From NCBI GenBank assembly GCA_944384535.1, contig CALWTS010000005.1, forward strand, positions 9,870-73,869: 64,000 nt of DNA. Reading direction: 5' to 3'. The stretch comes from an uncultured Clostridia bacterium (lineage in GTDB: Bacteria; Bacillota; Clostridia; Christensenellales; UBA1242). Below the pieces are notes generated by a model. The model did not search any database. It saw only the letters and a list, made by a program, of their open reading frames with translations, and was not told the DNA's origin. The position numbers and the translations under genes were made by a program. Below, in pieces: positions 63,710-64,000 of this stretch. Position 1 is the first letter of the stretch, and the number at the start of each line of letters is the position of its first letter.

Positions 63710-64000
63710 GTGAATGGAATTATATTATTAAACAAAGAGCGTGGTGTTTCATCAAATAAATGTGCAAATAAAGTAAAGTATATAGTTGGTGCTAACAAGG
63801 CGGGGCATTTAGGCACGCTTGATGTCTTAGGAGAAGGTCTTTTACCTATTACTTTAGATAAAGGCACCAAGTTATTTGATTACTTTTTAAAAAAAGATAA
63901 AGTTTATATAGCAACATTTAAATTTGGACAAACTACAGAGACTTTAGATTTAGAGGGAAAAGTAATAAAATCCAATGATGTTATTGTAACTTTGGATATG
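63710..64000 (+). CDS. truB: tRNA pseudouridine-55 synthase TruB (5' part; continues beyond window end)
   Basis: Absent from the ORF track because it is open at the edge. GTG 63710 follows GGAG (63692-63695). It reads NGIILLNKERGVSSNKC...AGHLGTLDVLGEGLLPI (catalytic Asp motif GHxGTLD). Confidence 0.9.
   Translation, partial: MNGIILLNKERGVSSNKCANKVKYIVGANKAGHLGTLDVLGEGLLPITLDKGTKLFDYFLKKDKVYIATFKFGQTTETLDLEGKVIKSNDVIVTLDM

Noticed and set aside
1-64000. Possible Mollicutes-type genetic code 4 (TGA = Trp), given the extreme AT-richness and gene losses
   Set aside because: TGA functions as the stop at coupled junctions (miaB/mutS, pta/ackA, uppS/cdsA, HIT/rnhA). All conserved proteins are full length under code 11, and Trp residues in conserved motifs are TGG.
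1-64000. Search for CRISPR arrays, transposases, prophage, toxin-antitoxin or known defence modules
   Set aside because: No regularly spaced direct repeats, no cas-like, integrase, transposase, restriction or abortive-infection signatures. The window is essentially core genome.

Overview
This is a strongly AT-rich (by eye more than 70% A+T) chromosomal segment from a low-GC Bacillota (Firmicutes) bacterium. It uses the standard bacterial code: TGA acts as stop at several coupled gene junctions and Trp is TGG. There are roughly 70 protein genes, tightly packed and almost all on the + strand, mostly core housekeeping blocks in a Clostridia/Bacilli-like order. The order is: class A PBP (partial) | miaB-mutS-mutL-miaA-ynbB | SpoIIM-like, DD-carboxypeptidase, scpA-scpB | spoIVFB-like | mnmA | tRNA-Ser | degV-hit-rnhA | pta-ackA | rpmF | plsX-rnc-smc-ftsY | sigK | RNase P RNA | rarA | polA | ruvX-DUF1292 | ytxC-like, T-box, thrS | yajC, secD-secF | rpsB-tsf-frr-uppS-cdsA-rseP-(polC-like)-rimP-nusA-ylxR-ylxQ-infB-rbfA-nrnA-truB (partial). 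Sporulation markers (pro-sigma-K, SpoIVFB, YlbJ-like, YtxC-like, SpoIIM-like) sit beside signs of genome reduction. Several universally syntenic neighbours are absent from their usual positions: fabD-fabG-acpP, pyrH, dxr, proS, hfq and ffh. Some housekeeping proteins also lack a domain: MiaB has no TRAM, ThrRS has no TGS, and the PolC-like gene has no PHP or polymerase domain. I found no CRISPR array, transposase, integrase, prophage, toxin-antitoxin or recognisable defence module, and no clear multi-gene novel system. The best novelty candidates are single genes. They are: a 455-aa protein with a divergent, possibly duplicated, diadenylate-cyclase-like module (33556-34923); a 505-aa PolC N-terminus/OB/exonuclease-only protein in the polC slot (55931-57448); a membrane pseudo-cyclase (13881-15287); an E2/CAT-like acyltransferase homologue with His-to-Glu substitution and a poly-Lys tail (37868-38932); and several small ORFs missing from the ORF track. 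All functional calls rest on by-eye motif recognition and synteny, with no database search, so the divergent ones need HMM or structure confirmation.
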